From positions 101,585 through 165,584 of the forward strand of contig VXNX01000009.1 in the NCBI GenBank assembly GCA_009840385.1: a stretch of DNA of 64,000 nucleotides. Reading direction: 5' to 3'. The stretch comes from Candidatus Dadabacteria bacterium (GTDB taxonomy: Bacteria; Desulfobacterota_D; UBA1144; Nemesobacterales; Nemesobacteraceae). The translations under genes were made by a program, and so were the position numbers. Of this stretch, positions 1 through 10,390 are shown one piece after another; positions within the stretch are counted from its first letter, which is position 1, and each line of letters opens with the position of its first letter. Under the pieces are notes generated by a model. That model searched no databases. It saw nothing but the letters and a program-made list of their open reading frames with translations, and had not been told where the DNA came from.

Positions 1-1292
1 GAATACCCAGGGGGGTTCTGCTGGTCGGTCCCCCGGGAACGGGAAAAACCCTTCTGGCAAAAGCCATAGCCGGAGAAGCGGGAGTACCGTTTTTCATAAT
101 AAGCGGAAGCGACTTTGTGGAGATGTTCGTCGGAGTGGGAGCTTCGAGGGTAAGGGACCTGTTCATACAGGCCAAGAAAAACGCCCCCTGCATAATATTC
201 GTTGACGAACTTGACGCCGTGGGAAGACACAGGGGAGCAGGACTCGGAGGAGGCCACGACGAAAGGGAGCAGACCCTTAATCAGCTTCTGGTCGAGATGG
301 ACGGCTTCGAAGGAAACGAGGGAATTATAGTCATGGCCGCCACTAACCGCCCGGACGTGCTCGACCCTGCCCTTCTCAGGCCGGGGAGGTTCGACCGCCA
401 AGTTGTCGTTCCGAGGCCCGACGTCAGGGGAAGAGAAGCTATCCTGGTCGTTCATTCAAAAGACACCCCGATAGCCGAGGACGTAGACCTTTCGGTTATC
501 GCGAGATCCACCCCCGGTTTTTCCGGAGCCGATCTTGAGAACCTGGTTAACGAATCGGTTCTTCACGCGGCCCGCCACGACAAGGAGCAGGTCTCCATAG
601 AGGACTTTGAATACGCAAAAGACAAGGTGACCATGGGAGTTGAGAGAAAAAGCATGCTGATAAGCGAGAAAGAAAGGAAAATTACCGCCTATCACGAAGC
701 CGGGCACGCGCTTGTGGCGAAACTCACTCCCGAGGCCGATCCCATACACAAAGTAACGATCATACCGAGAGGGATGGCCCTCGGGGTAACCCAGCAGCTG
801 CCCCTCGAAGACAAGTACACCCTGTCGAGAAGCTATCTCGTTTCCACCATAAAGGTGCTTCTGGGAGGCAGGGCCGCGGAAGAACTGGTGTTCTCCGAGA
901 GAACCAGCGGTGCGGCCAACGATCTTGAGAGAGTTACCGACATAGCTAGAAAAATGGTATGCGAATGGGGAATGAGTGAAGTCGTGGGCCCAGTAACTTT
1001 CGGCAAGGGAGAGCAACAGCCTTTTCTTGGCAGGGAAATCTCGAGAAAAAACGATTACAGCGAAGATACCGCGGTGCAGATAGACCAGGAAACAAGAAAG
1101 ATCGTAAACGAAAGCTACAACGAGGTGCTGGGGCTCCTCAAAGACAATCTCGATATTCTGCATGAACTCTCTTCCCTGCTTCTTGAAAAAGAGGTAATAG
1201 ACTCGGCGGAACTTGACGAACTGGTGTCAAAGATGCGAGAAGAGTTCAGACCGGAAGTGAAAAAGCCGTTTGATATAACAAGCAGGGTCTGA
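1..1292 (+). CDS. ftsH: ATP-dependent zinc metalloprotease FtsH, 5'-partial (gene begins upstream of the window)
   Basis: The same frame is open to the window start and reads [28 protein letters not shown] (Walker A) before the listed ORF start. HEAGHA zinc-binding motif and a C-terminal M41 protease region are present. Confidence 0.93.
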   Translation, partial: IPRGVLLVGPPGTGKTLLAKAIAGEAGVPFFIISGSDFVEMFVGVGASRVRDLFIQAKKNAPCIIFVDELDAVGRHRGAGLGGGHDEREQTLNQLLVEMDGFEGNEGIIVMAATNRPDVLDPALLRPGRFDRQVVVPRPDVRGREAILVVHSKDTPIAEDVDLSVIARSTPGFSGADLENLVNESVLHAARHDKEQVSIEDFEYAKDKVTMGVERKSMLISEKERKITAYHEAGHALVAKLTPEADPIHKVTIIPRGMALGVTQQLPLEDKYTLSRSYLVSTIKVLLGGRAAEELVFSERTSGAANDLERVTDIARKMVCEWGMSEVVGPVTFGKGEQQPFLGREISRKNDYSEDTAVQIDQETRKIVNESYNEVLGLLKDNLDILHELSSLLLEKEVIDSAELDELVSKMREEFRPEVKKPFDITSRV

Positions 1293-1362
1293 TCCCCGTG
1301 GCTTTTTCCCACAGCGCCGCTGTCTTTCGGCCGCCTTCACCATAACCGGGAGTGAGAACCGT

Positions 1363-2250
1363 TTGCTAAAGCACTCAGTCCACAAAGCAAATCAGAACGC
1401 GTCGGGATCTCATTTTATAAAACTCGGTTCAAAAAAACTGGATCTGAGCAGAAAACCCCTCGTAATGGGAATCGTGAACGTGACGCCGGACTCTTTCTAT
1501 GACGGCGGAAAGTACGACGATACCCGGAGCGCTATCCGCAGAATCGCCTCCCTTGTCAAAGACGGGGCCGATATCATCGATATAGGGGGAGAGTCCACGA
1601 AGCCGGGTTCGCTGGGAGTGAGCACGGAAGAGGAACTCGAGAGAGTCATACCCGTAATAGAAGCGGCTTCGCGGGAATTTGACACCGTGATATCGGTAGA
1701 TACTACAAAGGCGATCGTCGCCGAGGAGGCTCTCAGTCGGGGAGCTTCGATGGTAAACGATATAAGCGGACTTAGATTTGAACCCCAAATCGCGCAGAAA
1801 GTATCGGAGAACGGGGCCGCCATCATACTAAACCACACAAGCTCCCGACCTGCGGACATGCAGAAAAAGACCTCCTACAGTTCACTTATTCCCGATATAG
1901 CAGACTCTCTTTCGAATTCAGCCCAAACGGCCATGGCGGCGGGAGTGCCGCGGGAGAACATAATAATTGACCCCGGAATCGGGTTTGGAAAAACCACCGA
2001 GCAGAACCTCGAGATCATAAGAAGGCTTGAGGATTTCTGCGAACTCGGGTTCCCGGTCTGCATAGGAACCTCGCGAAAATCCTTTATAGGGGAAATTCTG
2101 GGGAGCCCTCTTGCGGATCAAAGATTGATAGGATCCGTTTGTTCAGTAATAATATCAATGCTCAAAGGCATTTCTATCGTAAGAGTTCATGATGTACTTG
2201 AGACAACTCAAGCAATCAGGACGGTAAAAAGCATATATGGGGTCAACTAG
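1363..2250 (+). CDS. folP: dihydropteroate synthase
   Basis: GIVNVTPDSFYDGG and IDIGGESTKPG pterin-binding motifs. Conserved position directly after ftsH. The true start may be one of several in-frame starts before MGIVNV. Confidence 0.85.
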   Translation: MLKHSVHKANQNASGSHFIKLGSKKLDLSRKPLVMGIVNVTPDSFYDGGKYDDTRSAIRRIASLVKDGADIIDIGGESTKPGSLGVSTEEELERVIPVIEAASREFDTVISVDTTKAIVAEEALSRGASMVNDISGLRFEPQIAQKVSENGAAIILNHTSSRPADMQKKTSYSSLIPDIADSLSNSAQTAMAAGVPRENIIIDPGIGFGKTTEQNLEIIRRLEDFCELGFPVCIGTSRKSFIGEILGSPLADQRLIGSVCSVIISMLKGISIVRVHDVLETTQAIRTVKSIYGVN

Positions 2251-2253
2251 CAG

Positions 2254-3051
2254 ATGACAGACTCTACGATACAGAACTTTCGATTCTTCTCAGACAGCCT
2301 GGACATCCTGATCGTCGCCATAATATTCTTCTACATACTGAAGGCTATAGAGGGAACCAGAAGCTCGCAGATTCTGGTCGGACTCGTGGCAATGGTAGTT
2401 CTCTATTTCGCCTCGAGAAAATGGGGATTTTTCACGCTTAACTGGGTGCTCACCCACTTTCTCGGCTTCGTAATACTGATAGTAATCATCCTCTTCCAAG
2501 ACGACATAAGAAGGGGTCTTGCGAACATAGGAAAGAAACCTCTTCTTTTCAGTTTTGCAAAACAGAGTGCGAACGAGACGGTGATAGAAGAAGTTGCGGA
2601 CGCATGTTCTTTTCTCTCTTCAAACAAGATGGGGGCACTCATAGCCATCGAGAGGCAGGAAAGCCTCAGGATGTTCCCGGGAAGACCTATTAACGCCAGC
2701 TTATCAAGCGAGATGATCATAAGCATCTTCAATCCGGCATCCCCCCTTCACGACGGGGGAGTGATAATCAAAGACGACGTTATTGTTTCAGCCGGATCCT
2801 TTTTCCCGATCAGCACGGATCTTGAGCTTGGAACGGAACTCGGAACAAGGCACAGGGCCGCCATAGCGTTGTCCAGCGAGACTGACGCCGTCATAGTAGT
2901 CGTGTCCGAGGAGACGGGAAAAATTTCGCTCGCGGCGGGAGGAGAGCTTAAAAGAATCGCTAACGAGAAACTCCTCAGGCCAGCTCTGGTTTCTGAACTG
3001 AGCGCCGAGAGTCCGAGCATTGTAAAAACAACCCAACCGGGAAAAGCCTGA
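2254..3051 (+). CDS. cdaA: diadenylate cyclase CdaA (c-di-AMP synthase)
   Basis: Hydrophobic N-terminal region followed by a DAC domain with HDGG/DGA and TRHRAAIALSSETDAVIVVVSEETG motifs. Begins the cdaA-cdaR-glmM synteny. Confidence 0.85.
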   Translation: MTDSTIQNFRFFSDSLDILIVAIIFFYILKAIEGTRSSQILVGLVAMVVLYFASRKWGFFTLNWVLTHFLGFVILIVIILFQDDIRRGLANIGKKPLLFSFAKQSANETVIEEVADACSFLSSNKMGALIAIERQESLRMFPGRPINASLSSEMIISIFNPASPLHDGGVIIKDDVIVSAGSFFPISTDLELGTELGTRHRAAIALSSETDAVIVVVSEETGKISLAAGGELKRIANEKLLRPALVSELSAESPSIVKTTQPGKA

Positions 3052-4010
3052 TGGAGAAAAAACCCTTTTTTCAAGGTCTTGCCAAAAAGACAATAGCGGT
3101 GGCGCTGGCGGTAATCCTGTGGGCATTTACCAACTTCGAGCTCGACGTGGAAAGGGATCTCAGGGTTCCGCTGCACCTAAGCGGTCTGCCCGAGAGCCTT
3201 ATTATTACAAACAAGCAACCCGATAGCGTTGACCTCTCCCTCAGGGGACCGAGAAACCTGCTGTCTTCCTTTGACTACTCGAACAAATCAATTCCCGTTG
3301 ACCTGCAGAAAACAGAACAGGGCGTTCTCAAAATAGACTTGAAGCGAGCGGCATCGCAGGTAGTTCCAAGAGGAATCGATATAGTCGCGGCGAGACCTAC
3401 GAAACTTTCCCTCAACATAGACAGGCTAGTAACGAAGAAATTCAAGGTAAAACCCGTGCTGGGAGAACTGGATTCCGGTTACGAGATATCAAAAGACATA
3501 AAGGTCGTCCCGGAATCCGTGGAGGTAAGAGGACCCGCTTCACAGCTTGCAACACTAGAGACCATAGAAACGGCGAAAATAAAGCTTGAAGGCGAAAAAG
3601 CCGAGTTCACGGCGCCGGCGCAGCTCCAGCTGCCCTCGCAATACATGGAAGTTCTCGAAGGCGATCATGTTAACGTAACGGTTCACATAAAAGAGATAAT
3701 ACTGACCAAAGAATTTCGAGATCTTGACATAGTCCCCCGTAATTTCGGGGAGCTCGAATACAGCACGAACTCAGAACTCAAGGCCACTTTGGTGTTCGAC
3801 GGTCCGTACAAGACCATAAATAATCTTACGAGCAATGAGATCAAAGTTTTCATAGACGGTGCAGAGATGGGAGAGAGCAGGCAGAAGAGGCTCAGGGTAA
3901 AAGTGCAATATCCAAGTTCAACGAACCTGCTGAAACTTAAGAGCCTCTCTCCGAGAACTATCAGGGTTAGGGTCAAAGCGCCCCCTGTCGAAGAATCCCC
4001 CAAGACGTAA
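3051..4010 (+). CDS. cdaR: CdaR / YbbR-like regulator of CdaA
   Basis: N-terminal TM segment and repeated beta-rich YbbR-like segments. Lies between cdaA and glmM as in the canonical operon. Start overlaps the cdaA stop. Confidence 0.6.
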   Translation: MEKKPFFQGLAKKTIAVALAVILWAFTNFELDVERDLRVPLHLSGLPESLIITNKQPDSVDLSLRGPRNLLSSFDYSNKSIPVDLQKTEQGVLKIDLKRAASQVVPRGIDIVAARPTKLSLNIDRLVTKKFKVKPVLGELDSGYEISKDIKVVPESVEVRGPASQLATLETIETAKIKLEGEKAEFTAPAQLQLPSQYMEVLEGDHVNVTVHIKEIILTKEFRDLDIVPRNFGELEYSTNSELKATLVFDGPYKTINNLTSNEIKVFIDGAEMGESRQKRLRVKVQYPSSTNLLKLKSLSPRTIRVRVKAPPVEESPKT

Positions 4011-4013
4011 ATC

Positions 4014-5393
4014 ATGAATTCTTTATCCGAATTTCCCGAGAGAAAGATTTTTGGAACCGATGGAATAAGAGGGGTTACCAACACCTATCCGATGACGCCC
4101 GAGATATCGCTTGCCCTCGGAAAGGCGCTCACAAAATATCTGTCCGAGAAAACGGGCGGCAACGTGAAAATACTAGTCGGCAAGGACACCCGCCTTTCAG
4201 GTTACGTATTTGAGCAGGCGATAGCTTCCGGCATAACCTCCATGGGAGCCGACGTGCTGCTCGTGGGCCCCCTGCCCACTCCGGCGATAGCCTTTCTCAC
4301 CTCGAACATGAGAGCCACGGCCGGCGTGGTCATATCCGCGTCCCACAATCCCTATACCGATAACGGAATAAAAATATTTGACTCCACGGGCTTTAAGCTC
4401 CCGGACGAAACGGAGATGGAGATAGAAAACATGGTTCTTGGAGGAGAGCGGATAATCCCCCCTCCCCTAACCGGAAAGGCGAAAAGAATCGAGGACGCGG
4501 TCGGACGTTACATAGTGTTTCTCAAAAACACTTTTCCCAAGGATCTCACGCTTGACGGATTGAGAGTCGTGGTCGACTGCGCCAATGGAGCCGCGTACAA
4601 GGTCGCGCCCATAATTTTTCAGGAACTCGGGGCGCAGGTAATAACAATCGGCACGGAACCGGACGGCACAAACATAAACGTCGACTGCGGAAGCCTCAAA
4701 CCGGAGATACTTTCTCAAGAAGTCGTGCGAAGCGGCTCAGACATAGGGATAGCCCTTGACGGAGACGCCGACAGGGTCGTTTTCTGCGATGAAAACGGAA
4801 ACGAGGTTGACGGAGACCACGTTCTCGCGATCTGCTCATCAGAAATGATGGAAGCAGGAATCCTGTCAACAGACACGGTGGTGGCTACGCAGATGAGCAA
4901 CATGGCCCTTGAGAATTACCTGAACAAAAAGGGACTTAAGCTTGAAAGAACCCGCGTGGGAGACAGATACGTGGTAGAAGCCATGAGAAAGCTGGGGGCA
5001 AATCTGGGGGGTGAGAAATCGGGTCACCTGCTCTTTCTGGACCACTCAACCACGGGAGACGGTCTGCTCGCCTCGCTTCAGATTCTTAGCATAATGAAGA
5101 AAAAGGGGAAACCGCTCTCTGAGCTTGCCGGGATAATAGACATGTTCCCGCAAATACTCAACAGCTTGGAGATCAGGGAGAAAAAACCGTTTGAAGAGAT
5201 CCCCGGACTTGTTGAACTCGTCAGGGAGTCGGAAGACATTCTCGGGGATAAAGGAAGAATCAACCTCAGGTATTCCGGAACTGAACTGCTCGCGCGCGTC
5301 ATGGTGGAGGGAGAGAGCGAAACCCTGATAAACAGAATCGCCTCCCGCGTATCTTCCGTAATAAGTGAAAACATAGGAACGGGGAACCCGTAG
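4014..5393 (+). CDS. glmM: phosphoglucosamine mutase
   Basis: SASHNPYTDNGIK phosphoserine loop, DGDADR motif, length 459 aa. Confidence 0.9.
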   Translation: MNSLSEFPERKIFGTDGIRGVTNTYPMTPEISLALGKALTKYLSEKTGGNVKILVGKDTRLSGYVFEQAIASGITSMGADVLLVGPLPTPAIAFLTSNMRATAGVVISASHNPYTDNGIKIFDSTGFKLPDETEMEIENMVLGGERIIPPPLTGKAKRIEDAVGRYIVFLKNTFPKDLTLDGLRVVVDCANGAAYKVAPIIFQELGAQVITIGTEPDGTNINVDCGSLKPEILSQEVVRSGSDIGIALDGDADRVVFCDENGNEVDGDHVLAICSSEMMEAGILSTDTVVATQMSNMALENYLNKKGLKLERTRVGDRYVVEAMRKLGANLGGEKSGHLLFLDHSTTGDGLLASLQILSIMKKKGKPLSELAGIIDMFPQILNSLEIREKKPFEEIPGLVELVRESEDILGDKGRINLRYSGTELLARVMVEGESETLINRIASRVSSVISENIGTGNP

Positions 5394-6107
5394 ATGAAGA
5401 CCAAACTGAACGTAAACATTGACCACGTAGCCACCCTTAGACAGGCGAGGATGGGAAGTGAGCCGGATCCCGTGGCTGCCGCCATGGCGGCCGAACTTGC
5501 CGGAGCGAGCGGAATAGTGGTTCACCTGCGGGAAGACCGCCGGCACATTCAGGAAAGAGACCTTTCTCTGCTGAGACAAACGGTGCAAACCAAGCTTAAC
5601 ATGGAAATGGCCGTCACGGATGAAATGATCGACATTGCAAAAGAGACAGTCCCTGACGTCGTAACCCTAGTTCCCGAGAAAAGACAGGAAATAACAACTG
5701 AAGGAGGGCTTGACGTGCTCGGGGATACGCAGAGAATTGCCGCCGGTATCGAAAAGCTAAAAGACTCCGGACTGTTCGTAAGCGTATTCATAGATCCCGA
5801 TCCCGACCAGATAGCGGCCTGCGCGCAGACGGACGCCGACATGGTCGAACTTCACACCGGAAGTTACGCAAACGCCCCTAACGAAACCGAAATGATGATG
5901 GAGCTTGATAAGATCAGGAAATCGACGGAGGATGCCCTCTCTCACCGGCTCAGGGTATCAGCCGGTCACGGACTCAACTACGTTAACGTGACGGCGGTTT
6001 CAAGAATCGACGGGGTTGAGGAACTTAACATCGGTCACAGCATAGTTTCACGGGCGGTTTTCTCGGGAATGGAAAAAGCCGTAAGAGATATGATTCAATT
6101 GTTATAG
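5394..6107 (+). CDS. pdxJ: pyridoxine 5'-phosphate synthase
   Basis: [13 protein letters not shown]-terminal signature, about 237 aa. Start abuts the glmM stop. Confidence 0.9.
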   Translation: MKTKLNVNIDHVATLRQARMGSEPDPVAAAMAAELAGASGIVVHLREDRRHIQERDLSLLRQTVQTKLNMEMAVTDEMIDIAKETVPDVVTLVPEKRQEITTEGGLDVLGDTQRIAAGIEKLKDSGLFVSVFIDPDPDQIAACAQTDADMVELHTGSYANAPNETEMMMELDKIRKSTEDALSHRLRVSAGHGLNYVNVTAVSRIDGVEELNIGHSIVSRAVFSGMEKAVRDMIQLL

Positions 6108-6141
6108 GATTCTTACTATAACAGAGCACAGGTACGAAAAT

Positions 6142-6519
6142 ATGGTTTCAGGCATAGGAATTGACATGGTTCGCAACAGTCGCATAGAGAACCTTATTGA
6201 TAAATGGGGAGAGAAATTTCTTCGGAAAATCTTCACCGACGACGAACTTGCGCAGGGCGGCAACGGTAAAAACAGAAATATAAGCTACGCCGCCAACTAC
6301 GCGGTTAAGGAGGCTTTTGTCAAGGCGCTTGGAACCGGGTTCAGACGGGGTATAAAGTTCCATAACATAACGGTCAAACGGAACGAACTTGGAAAACCCT
6401 TCATAGACCTTCGGGGAAGCACAAAAGAAATCGCCGAACAAAGGGGCCTAACCAAAATTCACACCACCATATCACACGACGGGGAATACTCCGTTGCCGT
6501 AGTTATACTTGAAGACTGA
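6142..6519 (+). CDS. acpS: holo-[acyl-carrier-protein] synthase
   Basis: GIGIDMV N-terminal motif, 125 aa. Conserved pdxJ-acpS pair. Confidence 0.85.
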   Translation: MVSGIGIDMVRNSRIENLIDKWGEKFLRKIFTDDELAQGGNGKNRNISYAANYAVKEAFVKALGTGFRRGIKFHNITVKRNELGKPFIDLRGSTKEIAEQRGLTKIHTTISHDGEYSVAVVILED

Positions 6520-6563
6520 TTCCTTCAATTCAAGTTTCCGGCCTGCCTGTTGGGGAAGCCAAA

Positions 6564-7838
6564 ATGTTTGAAAATCTGAATAAACTCCGCCTCAAAGGGG
6601 TGGACAGCGTAAAACCGGGACTCAAAAGGATCACCTCGGTTCTGGAAGAACTGGGATCCCCCCACAGAAAAAAAGATTACGTCACCGTTGCCGGAACCAA
6701 TGGCAAGGGCTCCGTGGCGGCCTGTATCGCGGCAATATTAGAAGCAACCGGTTACCGAGTCGGCCTGTTTACCTCCCCTCACCTGATCAACGTCACTGAA
6801 AGGATAGAGGTGAACGGAGAGGAAGTCTCCAAGGAGGAACTTGAAAAGACCCTCGGCACAGTTTTTACCGCTTGCGCGAAACTCCAAGTGCAGCTCAGTT
6901 ACTTCGAGTTGCTCACCGTGGCCGCATTTCTCTATTTCAACCGTAAATCAATAGATATAGGCGTGCTTGAAGTGGGAATGGGCGGGAGATGGGACTCGAC
7001 AAACGTATGCGACCATCTGGCAAGCGTTATAACGAACGTGTCTTTTGACCATACCGAATACCTGGGAAACACATTGAGGGAAATTGCCACGGAGAAAGCC
7101 GGAATAATTAAGAAAAACGGGCTTGTGGTAACCGGATGCACGGGCGAGGCCCTCTCCGTAGTCGAGCAGAGGTCCCGGGAAAACTCGGCGAGATGTCACA
7201 GAATCGGAGCGGAGTTCAATTACAGCGCAAAAGAGGACCTAAGCTTTGATTACATGGGATCGGAATGGAACCTCCCGGGGCTTAAAACCGCCCTTTCAGG
7301 CACGTACCAGATTGAAAACGCGGCAATATCAGTAGCAACGACCGAACTGCTGACAATGCACACCCGCTACAAAACAGATCCGGAAAAAGTAAGGAAGGCC
7401 CTCGCGGAAATCAGCTTAAGGGGGCGAATGGAATATTTGGACAGGGAAGTTCCCGTTATAATCGACGGCGCTCACAACGTCGCCGCGGGTGAGAATCTCG
7501 TCAAGTCACTTGAGGCTTGTCACCCTGGAACAAGATTCAACTTCCTGATAACGATGCTTGAGAACAAAGACATCGGAGGTTTCACCGAAACACTTTCTCG
7601 CATTTCAGGAAAACTGATCATAACGGAACTTGCCGGGGAAAGAAGGTACCTGGGAACGGAAAAGATCCTGGCGCTTACCCAGGGACGGTTCGACTCGGTC
7701 GAAACGGTAAAAGATCCATGGGAAGCATATGAAAAACTTCTCGGTTACGGAGAAGCGGCCTGCGTTTGTGGCTCCTTCTACCTCATAGGTTATCTTAAAG
7801 AGACAATTGAAAATGAAAAAGCTCTCAATAGTAAGTAA
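6564..7838 (+). CDS. folC: folylpolyglutamate synthase / dihydrofolate synthase (Mur ligase family)
   Basis: VAGTNGKGS P-loop, central and C-terminal Mur ligase domains, 424 aa. Confidence 0.8.
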   Translation: MFENLNKLRLKGVDSVKPGLKRITSVLEELGSPHRKKDYVTVAGTNGKGSVAACIAAILEATGYRVGLFTSPHLINVTERIEVNGEEVSKEELEKTLGTVFTACAKLQVQLSYFELLTVAAFLYFNRKSIDIGVLEVGMGGRWDSTNVCDHLASVITNVSFDHTEYLGNTLREIATEKAGIIKKNGLVVTGCTGEALSVVEQRSRENSARCHRIGAEFNYSAKEDLSFDYMGSEWNLPGLKTALSGTYQIENAAISVATTELLTMHTRYKTDPEKVRKALAEISLRGRMEYLDREVPVIIDGAHNVAAGENLVKSLEACHPGTRFNFLITMLENKDIGGFTETLSRISGKLIITELAGERRYLGTEKILALTQGRFDSVETVKDPWEAYEKLLGYGEAACVCGSFYLIGYLKETIENEKALNSK

Positions 7839-8847
7839 CGACCTTTTCCTGGCTCACCAGAACCCTCCCGGACACCCGGAGTGTCCGGAAAGGCTTCTGA
7901 GCATCCTGGGGGCGCTTGAGAGTTCGGGTCTTCTCGCGAAAACGGTCCCCATGGAGACAAGACCCGCAACAGAGGAAGAAATCACCCTCACTCACAGCAA
8001 GCCCTATTTCGACATGGTTAAAGGCACTTCTGGAAAGGAATTCTCGCAACTGGATCCCGACACGTCGACGTGCGAGGTCTCGTTTGACGCGGCGCTCGCC
8101 GGCAGCGGGGGACTTATATGCTCGGTAAACGATATTCTCTCGGAGAAAATCGACACGGCCTTCGTACTTGCCCGACCTCCCGGACATCACGCGGAACACG
8201 ACAGGGCGATGGGGTTCTGCCTGTTTAATCACGTTGCGGTCGCTGCGGCCCACCTGCTGGCCAACTGCGGTCTTGAAAGAGTCCTGATCATAGACTGGGA
8301 CGTGCACCACGGAAACGGAACACAGCACATCTTCTACGAATCGGACAAAGTGCTCTTTTTTTCAGTGCACCAGTTCCCGTTTTACCCCGGCACCGGAAGC
8401 CTTAAGGAACTTGGATATAAGGGCGGGCTCGGATACACGCTTAACGTCCCCTGCCCCGCGATGCTTGGCGATGAAGACTACCTTAGAATATTTACGGAGA
8501 TACTCGCGCCCGTGGCGGAGCAGTACGCCCCGGAATTCATTCTCATCTCTGCGGGCTTTGACGCCTATCAGGTCGACCCGCTGGGAGGAATGCTGCTTAC
8601 CTCCGAGGGGTTCGCCAGACTTACAAGGTTCGTTATGCAACTTGCTGAAGAACACTGCCACGGAAATATCGCCTTTTTGCTCGAAGGTGGCTACAACACG
8701 GCGGAAATGGGACTGATCATGCGGTCTGTCATCGAGGAGATACTCGATCTTAAGGTGTCAGATACGGGTTTTGACCCTAAGCGGACGACCTGTGAACATA
8801 CCGTCTCCGAGATCAGAAGAATTTATTCGAAATACTGGAATTTCTAG
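7807..8847 (+). CDS. histone deacetylase-family protein (AcuC/AphA-like deacetylase)
   Basis: DWDVHHGNGTQ and PPGHHAE motifs of the arginase/deacetylase fold. 5' end overlaps the folC 3' end by about 30 nt. Confidence 0.75.
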   Translation: MKMKKLSIVSNDLFLAHQNPPGHPECPERLLSILGALESSGLLAKTVPMETRPATEEEITLTHSKPYFDMVKGTSGKEFSQLDPDTSTCEVSFDAALAGSGGLICSVNDILSEKIDTAFVLARPPGHHAEHDRAMGFCLFNHVAVAAAHLLANCGLERVLIIDWDVHHGNGTQHIFYESDKVLFFSVHQFPFYPGTGSLKELGYKGGLGYTLNVPCPAMLGDEDYLRIFTEILAPVAEQYAPEFILISAGFDAYQVDPLGGMLLTSEGFARLTRFVMQLAEEHCHGNIAFLLEGGYNTAEMGLIMRSVIEEILDLKVSDTGFDPKRTTCEHTVSEIRRIYSKYWNF

Positions 8848-8885
8848 AAGAATTAGCAGAGCCTGGTGATATTTCAGGCAGAGAT

Positions 8886-9695
8886 TCAGCTTTTTCTGTA
8901 GTCGCTTCCCTCGATGAAAAGCGGGGTGCACATCTCATAAAGCCTGGAAGCTATTCTCTCCCCCACCCTGTCCTCAAGTATTTCCGTTTTATTCCTGGAT
9001 TTTTTGGGCAGAGACTCCCTAGCCACGTAATTGGTTGTAACAAGGGTTTTCTTTGAGGAGTTATAGCGCTTGGAGATGAGCTGATCGAGGATGTTCTGCT
9101 CCCATTCGGAACTTCTGCCTTTTCCCATCTCATCTATCACCAGGATCTCAGCGTCTATAAGCGGTCCTATTATCTCGTTTTCGGGAATTCCCTCGGAATA
9201 GGCCTTCCGCAGATCTCCAAGCAGAAAGAAAAAATCGGTAAACACGCATTCAACGGCCTTCTGAAGCGTAAGCTCCGCTATAACCCCTACGGCAAGGCGC
9301 GTCTTGGCGAGACCGGGTCCCCCCATGAGCAGAAAGCCTTTTTCCTCCGGGTATTTATCGACAAACGACTTCACGTAGGTCATCGCTTCATACTGGCTCG
9401 GGTCGCGAGGGTCTATATCGTCTGACTGCAGGACGCCTGCGTACTTTGATGGAATTTTCGCGTTGTTGTACCTTCTGATCTTAAGCCTTACCATCCCGCA
9501 GAGTCCGCAGCGCTCAAGATATCTGTAACCCCTTTCGTTCTCCAAAAACACCGTTCCCGACCCCCCGCAACTACTACATTCGGAAACGCAGTCACAAATC
9601 TGCGCACGGGCATACTGACCGTTCTCAGAGGAAATCATGTATCCCCTGCCGGAGCATCCTCGGCAACCGGTAGCTATATGTTTTCTGGTGGCCAT
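8886..9695 (-). CDS. DnaC/DnaI/IstB-like AAA+ ATPase with N-terminal Cys-rich zinc finger (putative helicase loader)
   Basis: Cys cluster CRGCSG...CDCVSECSSCGGSG. Deviant Walker A GGPGLAKT, Walker B LVIDEMG, and TTNY sensor region typical of DnaC-like loaders. Confidence 0.4.
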   Translation of the reverse strand: MATRKHIATGCRGCSGRGYMISSENGQYARAQICDCVSECSSCGGSGTVFLENERGYRYLERCGLCGMVRLKIRRYNNAKIPSKYAGVLQSDDIDPRDPSQYEAMTYVKSFVDKYPEEKGFLLMGGPGLAKTRLAVGVIAELTLQKAVECVFTDFFFLLGDLRKAYSEGIPENEIIGPLIDAEILVIDEMGKGRSSEWEQNILDQLISKRYNSSKKTLVTTNYVARESLPKKSRNKTEILEDRVGERIASRLYEMCTPLFIEGSDYRKS

Positions 9696-9696
9696 A

Positions 9697-10371
9697 TCAC
9701 TTCATAGTGAAGACATTATTTATACCAAGGGTTTCACATACAATCTCATCTCTAAAGGCATTGAGGGTTCTTCCCTTCGCATCCTCGTCGTAGAGCTTTG
9801 CCTCGCTGGGAAGTCTGTTTCGTGCGGCGGCCGTTATCTGTTTCTGTCTCTCGACGGAAAGACCTCGGAAAACATCTTCAACGAAGTCCCGCCACAAAGA
9901 GTCGAACTCTTTGTATACGTTGGTGGAATCCAGACTGTCCGTCTCGCGAACTTTTCGTCTGAGTTCCTCGTATTTCCCCCTTATATCCTCTCTTTTTTCC
10001 TCGATTATGATCTTATCGAGCTTCTTCAGGATATTTTCTATTATACTGCTTTTGGCAAAAGCGGCGCTTCGCGGTTCCACTTGCCTTGATTCCGGTTCTG
10101 CCAACTGGATCTTAAGATACTCTTCAATCTCCTGTCTTATATTGAAAAGCCCTCTTGGATCCCGGGCCCCTCTCTGCCTTTTTTTCTCGAAACCGTAGGC
10201 TATGGCCTTAATCACCATCTCCTTTGAAACGGATCTTTCACCAAGCTCCCTTATAAAGCCGTAATCCCTGGCCGAGAGCATAAGGCCCTTTCCAGCAAGC
10301 CCGAGAAAATACCGCTCTATGTCTGCTATGTAGTTTCTCTCTTCGGACTTCATCTTCCCCCGGAAAAACAC
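9697..10371 (-). CDS. hypothetical protein, possibly DnaD-domain-like replication initiation protein
   Basis: Weak resemblance to the DnaD C-terminal domain (DYGFIRELGE...KEMVIKAIAYGFEK). Lies immediately upstream of and on the same strand as the DnaC-like gene. Confidence 0.25.
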   Translation of the reverse strand: MFFRGKMKSEERNYIADIERYFLGLAGKGLMLSARDYGFIRELGERSVSKEMVIKAIAYGFEKKRQRGARDPRGLFNIRQEIEEYLKIQLAEPESRQVEPRSAAFAKSSIIENILKKLDKIIIEEKREDIRGKYEELRRKVRETDSLDSTNVYKEFDSLWRDFVEDVFRGLSVERQKQITAAARNRLPSEAKLYDEDAKGRTLNAFRDEIVCETLGINNVFTMK

Positions 10372-10390
10372 GCAGCCCCAACGTCTCCCA

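Noticed and set aside
456-1163. 235-aa minus-strand ORF antisense to ftsH
   Set aside because: Entirely nested antisense within a strongly supported conserved gene, with no recognisable motifs. Typical spurious long ORF in GC-rich coding sequence. The same reasoning applies to 1429-1859, 2748-3176, 5046-5588, 12633-13295, 12968-13507, 14227-14763, 15337-15735, 22122-22760, 60997-61584 and 62246-62866.
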